A stretch of 64,000 bases of DNA from the NCBI GenBank assembly GCA_963662465.1, contig OY759599.1, positions 1-64,000 of the forward strand. Reading direction: 5' to 3'. Below, piece by piece: positions 39,007-48,395 of this stretch. Origin of the DNA: Desulfatiglandales bacterium (GTDB taxonomy: Bacteria > Desulfobacterota > DSM-4660 > Desulfatiglandales > Desulfatiglandaceae). A program made the translations under genes and the position numbers. How positions within the stretch are numbered: position 1 is the stretch's first letter; each line of letters starts with the position of its first letter. Below the pieces are notes generated by a model that was not told the DNA's origin, did not search any database, and saw only the letters and a program-made list of their open reading frames with translations.

Positions 39007-39324
39007 TATTCGACAAAGGAAAAACAGGCGCGGTATGGAAAACACGGCAAATAGAAATATGAGAGAAACGCAAGAACGCATGGGCGTCCCCAAGGGCCCC
39101 AGAATATGCTGGTCAGCTGGGTGAGATCCATGCCCTGGGTTTATAATGCGTGCCCTAATCAAGTCCTTAACCCCTAAATCTTAAATCCTAATAACCACAA
39201 TAAATAAACCCTGACCCCCTAATAAAAAATCCGTGTAATCCGTGAAATCCGCGCCAAAAAAAGAAAAAACAGTCATCCCCAACCCCAATAACGACAATAA
39301 AGAAAGCCTGACCCCCTGATTGTT

Positions 39325-39534
39325 ATGACCCATGTCGCAGGTTTTCCATTTTCCATCGTGAACTTTCACAGTATTTATGCCGCGCCCAAAGATTATCTCC
39401 TGGAACTGGCCGGCAGACAGAACCTACGCATTCGGCTTCGGCCGCCATACCGGGAAAACCTGTCGCAGGCCTTTGGCAAGTATTTTATGCGTGTTGGGCT
39501 TCCTCTGGATATTCGAGCGTTTGCTCGCAGTTAG
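39325..39534 (+). pseudogene. 3' fragment of conserved hypothetical gene
   Basis: RL.PPYRE.LSQAF...FMRVGLP C-terminal motif. Confidence 0.5.
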
Positions 39535-40342
39535 ATAGGATGTCCCCATTATAATACAAGCGTAAACTAGTGAAACAAGCAACGTCCCCCATTATTTTTT
39601 TGACAGGTTCGAAATAGTTACATTCAAGTATCCAGTCGAATGTTGTACTTTGACCTCCACCTCTCAGATTTATAGGAATTTCCTTTAAGTAGCCATTTAC
39701 TATTATTTTTGTGCCAGGGCATGACCTCTTTTCAGATATTGGCGATATAAGGTCTTGTTTTAAGAAAATTTTCATTTTTTTTGGTTGTTCACCACCGTCA
39801 AGGGTTTCAATATCTTCTTCAATCGTCATATGTTGGGCATCTATCAATTCTTTAGAAAGCATTTTGAATTTACCCTTACGCCCACATCCACATCTTGAAG
39901 GCTCTCTAAATTTCTGTTCAAGTTGAAGAAGTGGTATGATATTTCCACATGAAGGGCATTCAAATTTTGATGTTACAACTTGAGGTCTAATGTCGCTTTT
40001 TTGTCGAATAGTTCCTTGAACACAAATGAATTTTTCTAAATGTTTGCTTCGTAAGTCTCTGATTCGCTTTTTCTGACTTTTTGGAATATTTTTAATCCTT
40101 ACAATTACTTCAATATTATTTTTGATAGCGAGATCAAATAATGAAATTGATATACTTACTGCCTTAAGGGATTCCTCAGGATTTTCAATCAGGTCTTCTG
40201 CTAAATTGATATTCTGTTTTGATATTTCATTAAAATCCATAACGAAATATCTATCCCCTTTTCTTACAGATTCTATAAGGGTGTCATAATAGAGGATTTC
40301 TATTAATTTTCTGTATTCACCTATTTGTTCTTGGGTTTCCAT
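39485..40342 (-). CDS. mcm: Archaeal MCM helicase N-terminal half (no AAA+ domain)
   Basis: LAEDLIENPEE, IRDLRSKHL, QKSDIRPQV...KFECPSCG, CGCGRKGKF, DAQ...IEE, GGEQPK, LKQDL, PG.KI.V.G; similarity ends near 39600. Confidence 0.88.
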   Translation of the reverse strand: METQEQIGEYRKLIEILYYDTLIESVRKGDRYFVMDFNEISKQNINLAEDLIENPEESLKAVSISISLFDLAIKNNIEVIVRIKNIPKSQKKRIRDLRSKHLEKFICVQGTIRQKSDIRPQVVTSKFECPSCGNIIPLLQLEQKFREPSRCGCGRKGKFKMLSKELIDAQHMTIEEDIETLDGGEQPKKMKIFLKQDLISPISEKRSCPGTKIIVNGYLKEIPINLRGGGQSTTFDWILECNYFEPVKKIMGDVACFTSLRLYYNGDILSNCEQTLEYPEEAQHA

Positions 40343-41088
40343 TGTATAATTTGTTTAGGAGATAATTTTCTATAGCATTCTTTATGCAGAAATACTCCAT
40401 TGTACACTTCTGAATAATCTTTTGAGTCTTTGTGAATAGGGCGCTTACATTTAGCACAGTCACCTATCTTGTTTTTTTCTATATCAGCATCTTCATTGAT
40501 TTCTCCGATTTTAGATTTGTATATTTTATTGAAAGAGATTTTTCTTCTTTCGATATTCGCATAGTCACTTTGATAAAGATATTTGCCATATATCTCATCT
40601 AAGAATTGTTCAACAACTGGTTTGAAATCATCAGAGAGTTTGAATAGTTTTGTTTTTTTATAACTTCTTTTGCCATTTGGATGAATCATATTCCATGTTT
40701 CTCTTATAGCTTTATTCTCATTAGAGTCTTCATGCAATTCTTCAACAATATTCTTCGTTTCAAAGTGAAATAATAAATCTCTTAGGTCTTTGCCATAACC
40801 TAGATTGAAATGCATTGTTAGTTCCCAAAGGCTTGAGACTCCAACGTTATATAGGACATAAACTAATTTGCTTTTCGTTTTATCAAGGAATATAGAAAGG
40901 ATATCTCTGAAGTTTCTTTCAAAATTCAGATTTATATTTTGATCATTATGGATTTCGAGTTTTGAGACAAAATCACAGATTACACATACTCTTCTCTGAA
41001 ATTTGTTTTCAGTGGGTGTGATTGTTGCCACCTCTTTCAAATTTATCCGGCCTTGCAGAGAAATCAGTAATTTCTTCAGGATCAACAA
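40321..41088 (-). CDS. Hypothetical wHTH-like protein with C-terminal CxxC..HxxC finger (start uncertain)
   Basis: AT-rich ORF overlapping the MCM start; CAKC...HKEC. Confidence 0.55.
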   Translation of the reverse strand: MLILKKLLISLQGRINLKEVATITPTENKFQRRVCVICDFVSKLEIHNDQNINLNFERNFRDILSIFLDKTKSKLVYVLYNVGVSSLWELTMHFNLGYGKDLRDLLFHFETKNIVEELHEDSNENKAIRETWNMIHPNGKRSYKKTKLFKLSDDFKPVVEQFLDEIYGKYLYQSDYANIERRKISFNKIYKSKIGEINEDADIEKNKIGDCAKCKRPIHKDSKDYSEVYNGVFLHKECYRKLSPKQIIQWKPKNK

Positions 41089-41169
41089 GCCAAATGAAAT
41101 TAGATCCTTTTATGAATAGTTTATTATCTGAAGTAATATTTTTTAGAATTCCGATTGCTTTTCTTTTAT

Positions 41170-41799
41170 TAAAAAGTAAACCACTACCTCTGGTAGTGGA
41201 ATAAAAAAAGGTTCTACCGGTGTATTGAATATGACGAGTATTATATGTCTTCCTGGAAGGTGCGAAACTAACAGGAGGCATATAATGACTCGTCAACGTC
41301 AATTCAAGAAATTAGCACATTCTTTGTATGAGTGTAAGTACCATGTGGTGTTTTGCCCGAAATATCGCTACAAAATATTGCAGGAAGAAGTGGCAAAATA
41401 TGTGATGCAACAGATATATCGGTTATGTAATCAAAAAGATGACGTAGAAGTGGTGGAAGGTAATGTGCAAATTGACCATGTTCACCTGGTCGTATCAATC
41501 CCTCCGAAATACGCCATATCGCAGTTCATGGGGTTCCTGAAGGGGAAACTGGCTCTACAACTATTTGACCGTTTTCCTCAACTGCGAAAAAAATACTGGG
41601 GACAACATGTGTGGTCGAGAGGCTATTGTGTGAGTACGGTAGGCTTAGATGAAGAGCGGATCAAAAAGTATGTAAAATGGCAGCATAGTAAAGATAAAGA
41701 TGCCCATGTGACGCAAGGTAAATTGTTCAAATAGAATAGGTACCATGCACCTTCCAGGTGCATTAATTCAAGCCACCACCTTTGGTGGTGGTCATTGAC
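41170..41799 (+). mobile_element. IS200-type element (tnpA only)
   Basis: Subterminal hairpins CCACTACC..GGTAGTGG and CCACCACC..GGTGGTGG, inserted after TTAT, ends TGAC, no TSD. Confidence 0.9.
41285..41734 (+). CDS. tnpA: IS200/IS605 Y1 transposase
   Basis: YHVVFCPKYR, DHVH, KGK, WSRGY.VSTVG, YVKWQ; AGGAGG RBS. Confidence 0.96.
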   Translation: MTRQRQFKKLAHSLYECKYHVVFCPKYRYKILQEEVAKYVMQQIYRLCNQKDDVEVVEGNVQIDHVHLVVSIPPKYAISQFMGFLKGKLALQLFDRFPQLRKKYWGQHVWSRGYCVSTVGLDEERIKKYVKWQHSKDKDAHVTQGKLFK

Positions 41800-41967
41800 T
41801 CTTTCTTTCAGCAACAACAAACATTCCTAGAAAGTTTCTGTACTGCTCAACTAAACTATCATTTGTCAAATATACACCTCTAAACTTATCTTATCTAAAA
41901 CCGTAAAATATATATACTCATTACCCTTAGAATTCACTAAGTTGTTCAATCTTAATGTTTGAGTGAT

Positions 41968-42168
41968 TTAGCCTTGTTCTTTCAGGGTGGGATCAGGACC
42001 AGGGCTGGGTGCTCTGGTCTGCTTTTTTTTAATATCATCTGGAATATCTACAGTTACTATACTTCCTATTTCAACAACATCATTATACATTGGTGGGACA
42101 GAAATAAATTTTCTTGTGTTTCCATGTCTATCCTTTCCAGCTTTGATTGCCTTTGCTCTAAACCTCAT
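41968..42168 (-). CDS. Small AbrB-like regulator
   Basis: F.AK.IK.G....R..ISVP......G..V.V.I pattern; leaderless after TATA box. Confidence 0.55.
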   Translation of the reverse strand: MRFRAKAIKAGKDRHGNTRKFISVPPMYNDVVEIGSIVTVDIPDDIKKKQTRAPSPGPDPTLKEQG

Positions 42169-42191
42169 ACACACACGATAAACACAGCATA

Positions 42192-42204
42192 TATTTAAAC
42201 TTTC
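42192..42204 (-). promoter_or_regulatory. Archaeal BRE-TATA promoter
   Basis: GAAAGTTTAAATA ending 23 nt before ATG 42168. Confidence 0.7.
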
Positions 42205-42229
42205 CTAACTCCTTTTAAGTGGTTAATAA

Positions 42230-42515
42230 ACTCTACGCCATTTTACGTAGAGTGTTTTTGCAACATGTTATAAAAAACTATCAAAAAGTATGATTTTTGC
42301 CGGAAAATTGACTCTACGGAATTATCACGTAGAGTCCTATTTTGACCTATTTGTTGCCTCTGAAAAATAACTCTACGGTCAAAACACGTAGAGTGGTTTT
42401 TATGCATTTACCGTGTTTAACTTAACTACTACTCTACGTATTTTCTACTAGTAGTTAGTCTACGTTACATAAATATATATTATATAATATACTCTACGGA
42501 ATTATCGCGTAGAGT
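42230..42515. repeat. Array of five ACTCTACG-N8/9-CGTAGAGT palindromes
   Basis: Starts at 42230, 42311, 42370, 42431 (right arm degenerate), 42491. Confidence 0.92.
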
Positions 42516-42553
42516 TAAATCCTTATTTTTTGATGAAAATGTCAAAATCCACC

Positions 42554-42567
42554 AAAAAGTATATATA
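42554..42567 (+). promoter_or_regulatory. Archaeal BRE-TATA promoter
   Basis: AAAAAGTATATATA ending 24 nt before ATG 42592; no SD. Confidence 0.65.
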
Positions 42568-42591
42568 CTCAAGCATGTATGAATAAAAAAT

Positions 42592-43803
42592 ATGGCAGAA
42601 ATTGATATCCTTGCACCTTTCCGAAACATCAGCCCAGGCCAATTCATATCCAGATATTCTGATTGGATTCTTTTTATACTCCTGATCTTCTTTTTTTGGT
42701 CCGTTATCACAATCTCACTCAAAAAACGCTTTGGTGATTCAAAGGCATTTAGAATCCTAGCAACCTCTACAGCCCTATTATTATCAGTTAGTACATACTA
42801 TATGATTTACAAAGGCAAACTTAACATATCTCTAGAAGGGCTTGGTATGTTTGGAGCCATGCTCGTCCTGATTGTGATATTTTTCATTCTTTTTGCTCTG
42901 CAAAGAAACTTTAATATGAAAACTAAACTTTCTCTTCCATTAGGATTTGTCCTGTTTTATTTGTCGCTAGTTAGACTAACACCTAACATCATGAATGATA
43001 TCCAAAATATATTTCCATTTGCAAAAGCAATTATGGTAGGACTATTTTTATTTTCATTATATAGGGTGATAGTCGAGTTCATAAAACATTCAAAAGGAGA
43101 TTTGAAGTTAGAAGCACAAAAAATAGAAAATATTCGAATCCCACCAAAAGATGTGCCAGAGATCAACCATGAGCTGAAGGATGACAAGAAGGAAAAAAAA
43201 CTGCTGAAAGGCAAAACCTTGAAACTTACAAAGATGGAGATCAATACTGTTGATGATATAGAAAACCTACTAGGCCACCTAATTAAATTGATTAAGGAGA
43301 AAGGCAAAAATATCAGTCAGGATGAAACCTTGCAGATCTCCAACTATCTTAGGCAATTGTCTAACAAAGAAAATATTCTCATCAGAAGTATGCCTATTTT
43401 GAAAAGGCAGGCAGAAATCTTCAAATCAAAACATAGAAAAGATATCAATGAACTCCAAAAGCGATACCAGGAAGCCAAGGATAATCCTAAACAACAGGAA
43501 ATAATAAAAGAAGAAATCTCATTCCAAAAGCGAATGATTGAAGTGCTGGACTTCATCGAAACCTATGAAAATAGAATCGTAGAATTCACACAATCACTCA
43601 ACCAAACAATCTCTAAGTCTATGATTAAGCTCAGAAGTATTTACCCTCACGAATGCGTGGAATATCTGGAATCTGCCAGAAAATCGATTGAAGGCATGAA
43701 ACATATTTTCAAAAAACAAAAAGAGCTTGAGAAATATGTCCTCTCGCTGAACAAGAAAACAATTAAGGATCTGAAGAAAGAAAAAAAGGCAGATCAATCT
43801 TAA
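42592..43803 (+). CDS. Membrane protein (about 5 TM) with long C-terminal coiled coil
   Basis: Hydrophobic first ~165 aa, then K/E/Q-rich heptads. Confidence 0.8.
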   Translation: MAEIDILAPFRNISPGQFISRYSDWILFILLIFFFWSVITISLKKRFGDSKAFRILATSTALLLSVSTYYMIYKGKLNISLEGLGMFGAMLVLIVIFFILFALQRNFNMKTKLSLPLGFVLFYLSLVRLTPNIMNDIQNIFPFAKAIMVGLFLFSLYRVIVEFIKHSKGDLKLEAQKIENIRIPPKDVPEINHELKDDKKEKKLLKGKTLKLTKMEINTVDDIENLLGHLIKLIKEKGKNISQDETLQISNYLRQLSNKENILIRSMPILKRQAEIFKSKHRKDINELQKRYQEAKDNPKQQEIIKEEISFQKRMIEVLDFIETYENRIVEFTQSLNQTISKSMIKLRSIYPHECVEYLESARKSIEGMKHIFKKQKELEKYVLSLNKKTIKDLKKEKKADQS

Positions 43804-43930
43804 AATTAGAACAACGCTCAAAGATTAATCTTTTGCCTTCTGATTTGGCACGCCAGACATCTGTTTGACTCAATGCATTGTTAAGAAAGAAGTTTCTTTG
43901 TAGAAATTGGTTTCGCGCTTTCAATTTTAG

Positions 43931-44101
43931 TCACCTCAAATTGCCAAAATAGGCATTATAGTTTTTACCGAAAGAAGGGTTTGAATTGCTCACCTTTTTT
44001 CTATTCTCATCCTCAATAACGAGGCAAATATTTCCGTTCTGAATCCTATATTTGTCGATTACTTTGCCATCAATTGTCTGCAATGAATTCATATAACCCA
44101 T
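43931..44101 (-). CDS. Small hypothetical protein, upstream region cut by IS701
   Basis: MGYMNSLQTIDGKVIDKY...; TATA-like GAAAGATTTAAAA at 46101-46089 on the far side of the IS. Confidence 0.4.
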   Translation of the reverse strand: MGYMNSLQTIDGKVIDKYRIQNGNICLVIEDENRKKVSNSNPSFGKNYNAYFGNLR

Positions 44102-44336
44102 TTTTGTCGAAGCCTTTAGTTCTACTTTGTCACTCTCCATTTGAGGGTTATTTTCAATATATGCTATTGATTTAATTTATATTTTTCTCTTGACATGGTC
44201 AGAATAACATGTTAGTTTCGACCCATGAAAAAACGAAATCAATGGGGCGTTGGTATGAGTACCAACAGCCCACCAGAACAATCGTAGTCTTGATAAAGGA
44301 GCGACCCATGCCAACAGCCCCCTCGGGGGCATAGAT

Positions 44337-45662
44337 GTGTATTTTGGTGAGTTCCACGATAGATATTCTCCGTTATTTCAAACACATAGCAGAGTAGCGG
44401 CAAGAAAGTCTCTTCAATATTTTAAAGGCTTGGTCCAAGCAAAGAAAAAGAACATGGAGCGGATGGCCGAGGCTGTTCCTTTTTCAGATGATCAAGCTCT
44501 TCAACATTTTTTGACAAATTCTCGGTGGGATGAACAACTGATTGTCGACCAAATTGCGGCAGACGCAAACAATCATATTGGGGGAAAACAAGACAGCTGT
44601 TTGATCATTGATGAAACGGGGTTCCCCAAGAAAGGAGATAAGTCGGTTGGGGTTAAAAGGCAGTGGTGTGGGCAACTTGGGAAGGTAGACAATTGTCAGG
44701 TAGGCGTTTTTTCAGCGCTTGGGTGCAGGGAACACGCTACTCCTGTTGGCTTCAAATTGTACCTTCCGGAAGACTGGACTGATGATAAGGAAAGATGTAA
44801 AGCTGCTGGTATTCCAGATGAATCCATTGTTTTTTACAGCAAGCATGACCTTGCTTTCCAGCTGGTCCTTGAGGCCCGGAAACAGGGCATTCAATTCGGC
44901 TGGGTCGGTGCAGATGGTTTCTACGGGGAAAGCCCTGCCTTTTTACGGTCTTTGGATCAAATCAATGAAACCTTCATGATTGACGTTCATAAGAATCAAC
45001 GTATTTATCTCGAAAACCCGGAGCCGGTAGTTCCACAGAGAAGATCAAATAAAGGTCCAGAGCCGAAAAAGGCAAAAGCCCAAACAGAACCTGTCAGGGT
45101 CGATAAGTGGTCAGAACAACAGCCGGAAGATGCTTGGCAGAGAACGAATGTAAGAGACACGACCAAGGGAAAGCTTCAGGTCGACGTTCTGCATAGACGT
45201 GTATGGCTTTGGGACGGGGAGGAACTGGAGGCACATTGTTGGCACCTGATTGTTCGGAGGGAGGTTGCTGGAAATAAAGTAAAATTTACTTTGAGCAATG
45301 CTCCAGAGAACACTTCGCTGGAACGTTTGATATTTATGCAGGCACAGCGCTACTGGATAGAGCGTTCATTTCAAGACGCAAAGGTTGAATGTGGTTTAGG
45401 GGAGTACCAGGTGCGAAAGTGGCGGAGTTGGCATCACCACATGGCAATGGTCATGATGGCAATGCTATTTTTATTAGAGCAACGCCTTTTATATAAAAGG
45501 GATATCCCCTTATTGAGTTGTTTTGACATTGTTTGCATTCTTTCATTTCTTTTACCCCAAAGAGCCTTCACAACGGATGAAGTTTTTCGGCAAATGGAAA
45601 TTCGCCACAAAAAGCGTCAATCTGCAATTGACTCAGCATATCGTAAACAGCTCGCAGAATAA
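44337..45662 (+). CDS. IS701 transposase
   Basis: KNMERMAE, IIDETGFPKKG..SVGV.RQWCGQLGKVDNCQ, ADGFYG, R.WIE..FQDAK...GL..YQ.R.W..WHHH. Confidence 0.95.
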   Translation: MYFGEFHDRYSPLFQTHSRVAARKSLQYFKGLVQAKKKNMERMAEAVPFSDDQALQHFLTNSRWDEQLIVDQIAADANNHIGGKQDSCLIIDETGFPKKGDKSVGVKRQWCGQLGKVDNCQVGVFSALGCREHATPVGFKLYLPEDWTDDKERCKAAGIPDESIVFYSKHDLAFQLVLEARKQGIQFGWVGADGFYGESPAFLRSLDQINETFMIDVHKNQRIYLENPEPVVPQRRSNKGPEPKKAKAQTEPVRVDKWSEQQPEDAWQRTNVRDTTKGKLQVDVLHRRVWLWDGEELEAHCWHLIVRREVAGNKVKFTLSNAPENTSLERLIFMQAQRYWIERSFQDAKVECGLGEYQVRKWRSWHHHMAMVMMAMLFLLEQRLLYKRDIPLLSCFDIVCILSFLLPQRAFTTDEVFRQMEIRHKKRQSAIDSAYRKQLAE

Positions 45663-45685
45663 GCGGAAGGTTGGTTGTGGGAAAG

Positions 45686-46040
45686 CAGCAATTCTAATTA
45701 CGGCTTTTGAGTTAAGCCGCAGTTTGTTTTTTTTGTTGCCATTCACGGGTAGCGAATTCACCTTATTCCCAGATTCTGTTCAGGAATAAGGGAAAAAACA
45801 TTAGGCGCTGGATGTTATTGTAGGGGCAAGCCCCTGTGCCTGCCCTGCTGATGCTGTCCAAACGCCTTAATAGAGGACAAGCAGGGTAACCACGGGGGGA
45901 TTGCCCCTACGGCACGACATAAAACTGGATGTGTAATGAGATGTGTTTGTGGGAGCAACTTTCAGAACTACGAGAAATTGTGGAGGAATGCCGTCTGTAC
46001 TGCGTTTTGCGATTAAACGACATCATAATGAGAATTGCTG
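45686..46040. mobile_element. MITE inside IS701
   Basis: TIR CAGCAATTCT(A/C)ATTA(C/T)G, 9-bp TSD GTGGGAAAG (45677-45685, 46041-46049). Confidence 0.85.
45820..45910. repeat. GTAG-type REP doublet (REPIN-like)
   Basis: GTAGGGGCAAGCCCCTGTGCCTGCCCTG...CAGGGTAACCACGGGGGGATTGCCCCTAC. Confidence 0.75.
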
Positions 46041-46406
46041 GTGGGAAAGTGACAAAGTAGAATTAGTTGTTTGGGAAATACTGGAAGCTTTTAAATCTTT
46101 CGGTTTAGGGTGAGCAGCCTTGGATTTTCGAGGTATGGTTACAAAATAGGATTTCTTGTCTATGTATTTAAGCGATTATCAGCTGAAAGGGAAGGAGCAT
46201 TGGAATATCTTTCGCAGAACTACCCTCACTTGCCCGCCAATGCCTTTCTGGGCGTAATGGTTCAGACAGCTTAAATGGCAAAAAAGTGATCCAGCATAAT
46301 AGATTGTGTATAATGACGATGGCAGGCGGGGATGGTAAAAGAAGTGCAAAAGATCCTGGCCCGATCGGAAACCGAGGTTTTATCCTGAAATTTTATCGTT
46401 TTTGTG

Positions 46407-46435
46407 TTGACAATATTTTTGGCCCCGATTATAAG
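46407..46435 (+). promoter_or_regulatory. Sigma70 promoter of polysaccharide locus
   Basis: TTGACA-17 bp-TATAAG. Confidence 0.6.
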
Positions 46436-46490
46436 GCCGTTCTATGTAAAACGTTTCGATCAGGCATTCATCCTTCTGGCATAGAATAAA

Positions 46491-47051
46491 ATGGAAATCT
46501 CGGAAAAATCTTTTCAGATATTAGATGCCCTCGACACGCATGAAGTCGTCAGCCAACGTCAGCTGGCTAAACACTCCAGTGTAAGCCTTGCCCAGGTCAA
46601 TTATCTCCTCAAGAGGCTTTTAGAAAAAGGCCTTGTGAAGGTAAAAAACTTCCAAAAGAAACCCAATAAATCAAGCTATCTCTATCTCTTAACACCAAAA
46701 GGCCTGGAAGCCAAATCTCAGGTGGCCGTCCGATTTGTAAAATCCAGACTGAAAGAATACAACCATCTCAAAGACTCATTGACCAAAAAGTTGACCTCTA
46801 TTGAAAGAACGGTCCCCGTCAGGGTTATTTTTGTTGGACCTCTTATGGTCAAAGACTTTGTGGATTCCGTAATAAAAGAGAACGGTCTGAAGCTTATTGT
46901 AGTTGGTCACTATAACCAATGGAAGGATCTGAAAGAAACCGAACAGGAATCGTTCGATGTCGCGCTATTGTTAGACGGTAATAAAGAAGGCATAAAGAAG
47001 ATCAGTAATCACCTGAATATTCCCAGAGATAAGTTTGCCGCCTTGTGGTAA
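46491..47051 (+). CDS. MarR-family EPS-associated regulator
   Basis: SQRQLA....SL..VNY.LK.L.EKGLVK.KNF.....K..Y.Y.LTPKG...K. Confidence 0.88.
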   Translation: MEISEKSFQILDALDTHEVVSQRQLAKHSSVSLAQVNYLLKRLLEKGLVKVKNFQKKPNKSSYLYLLTPKGLEAKSQVAVRFVKSRLKEYNHLKDSLTKKLTSIERTVPVRVIFVGPLMVKDFVDSVIKENGLKLIVVGHYNQWKDLKETEQESFDVALLLDGNKEGIKKISNHLNIPRDKFAALW

Positions 47052-47230
47052 AAATGTTCGAAACGTGCAGTAAAAAACAAGCTATCTAAACCAATATTAA
47101 GTGAAATTGAAAGGTTATATCAAGTCATCCAGCGTAACCCAAGGGGCGGAGCTGTCTCAACATCTTTTGCCCCCTCCAGAAGATTGAAGTTCATCACGTC
47201 CATGCTTACTGAATAAAACAGCAGAACTTC

Positions 47231-47320
47231 AACCCAAAACCCAAAACTCAAAACCCAAAACCGCTGTTCCAATGCCCGAAACTCAAAACCCAAAACTGCT
47301 GTTCCAATGCCCAAAACCGC
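47231..47320. repeat. Heptamer tandem repeats (AAC(C/T)CAA type)
   Basis: Also at ~51221-51252, ~52751-52781, ~54704-54741. Confidence 0.8.
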
Positions 47321-47460
47321 CTTCTTGTAATCCAAAGAGCGGGGAGCTATGTGCGAAGTACCTTAAGAACCATGATCTTACTGCCCTCTGCCCCCTGACA
47401 ACTGCACCCTTTAACAACGACAATAAGGAAAGCCTTACACGAATTGGAGGAGAAGGAACT

Positions 47461-47847
47461 ATGCCGACGGCCCTGGAATTGCTCCCAAAAGGTTGGCGTT
47501 ATTACATTGAGGCTGCGTCCCGCCGGCCCGCCCCACCTGAATTGACCCAGGAACAGGAACACCAACGCGAGCAGATTATAGCGCGACTTCAAGAGGTGGC
47601 AGCAATGCTGAAAAGCCGCTTTGGTGTTCGACGAGTTATTTTATTTGGCTCGCTTGCCCGAAAGCTCTCGTTTACTCCTGGTTCAGATGTGGATATAGCC
47701 GTTGAAGGACTGAACACGAAAAAATATTGGCAGGCTTGGAAGTTGGCTGAGGAGATGATCGGAGATCGCCCAGTGGACTTTGTCCAAATTGAGACAGCGA
47801 AAGAGTCTCTCAAGCGAGCGGTTCAACGCTATGGAATAGACCTATGA
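47461..47847 (+). CDS. Minimal nucleotidyltransferase (MNT antitoxin)
   Basis: LFGSLA.......SDVDIAVEGL. Confidence 0.9.
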   Translation: MPTALELLPKGWRYYIEAASRRPAPPELTQEQEHQREQIIARLQEVAAMLKSRFGVRRVILFGSLARKLSFTPGSDVDIAVEGLNTKKYWQAWKLAEEMIGDRPVDFVQIETAKESLKRAVQRYGIDL

Positions 47848-48089
47848 ACAGGGGATTGGAAGCGCTTGTTGAGCGAATTCATGGAGAAATCCCTGATTTG
47901 GATCGGCTTGTGCAAAGGGTGTTATCTGCTTGGAACCGCTCCAAAAGCAAATTGAAGGAACAAGACATTTACTTGGAATCTGTTGCTTTAAATCTCCACG
48001 GCTTTTATTCAGGAGTTGAACGTCTATTTGCTGAACTACTGGCTTTCGCAGATTTTCTAGCAGATTTGGCTCAGGCAAGCAAGACGTGA
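47844..48089 (+). pseudogene. HEPN toxin, internally deleted
   Basis: SVALNLHGFYSGVERLF joined directly to C-terminal helix; Rx4H motif missing. Confidence 0.7.
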
Positions 48090-48395
48090 TCATTCTTAGT
48101 GCAATATTCCACAGAAATTCTCAAAAGGACTTCATTCCCCATGCTCTCTGCCATTATACGCACCCCCGGTGGATTGTTCGTATCCTATTCAAATTCCCTG
48201 GTAGATTCAGCAGAAATGATGAAGAAAGGGAAAACTTTCATCCATTAACCTTCAAGCCCTTCATGTCCTTCATGGTAAAACACATTTTTTCAATTCGTCC
48301 ATAGCCCATTTGCCCATAGCCCATTGCCTACCATACCGATGCCGCAGGCTTCATAAACTTACACCTTTAAAAAATCTCAATCCAAGAGGAATCAA

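Larger units (their letters stand above)
41009..41869 (-). pseudogene. Small Sm/LSm-like gene split by IS200
   Basis: Removing 41170-41799 gives MTNDSLVEQYRNFLGMFVVAERKNKRKAIGILKNITSDNKLFIKG...HTH*; GAGGTG RBS. Confidence 0.6.
44120..46062 (+). mobile_element. IS701-family element
   Basis: TIR TTCTACTTTGTCACT / AGTGACAAAGTAGAA, 4-bp TSD TTAG (44116-44119, 46063-46066). Confidence 0.9.

Noticed and set aside
30875..40342. AEP primase and MCM as one archaeal-like replisome
   Set aside because: They differ in base composition and expression signals and are separated by several junctions; more likely independent acquisitions
42230..42515. CRISPR array or TIGR-type guide array
   Set aside because: Conserved parts are only 8-bp inverted arms, the period is irregular, and I see no cas or Nop-domain gene in the window
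43931..44140. Listed ORF start MESDKVEL
   Set aside because: These codons come from the IS701 left TIR; the native start is more likely ATG 44101
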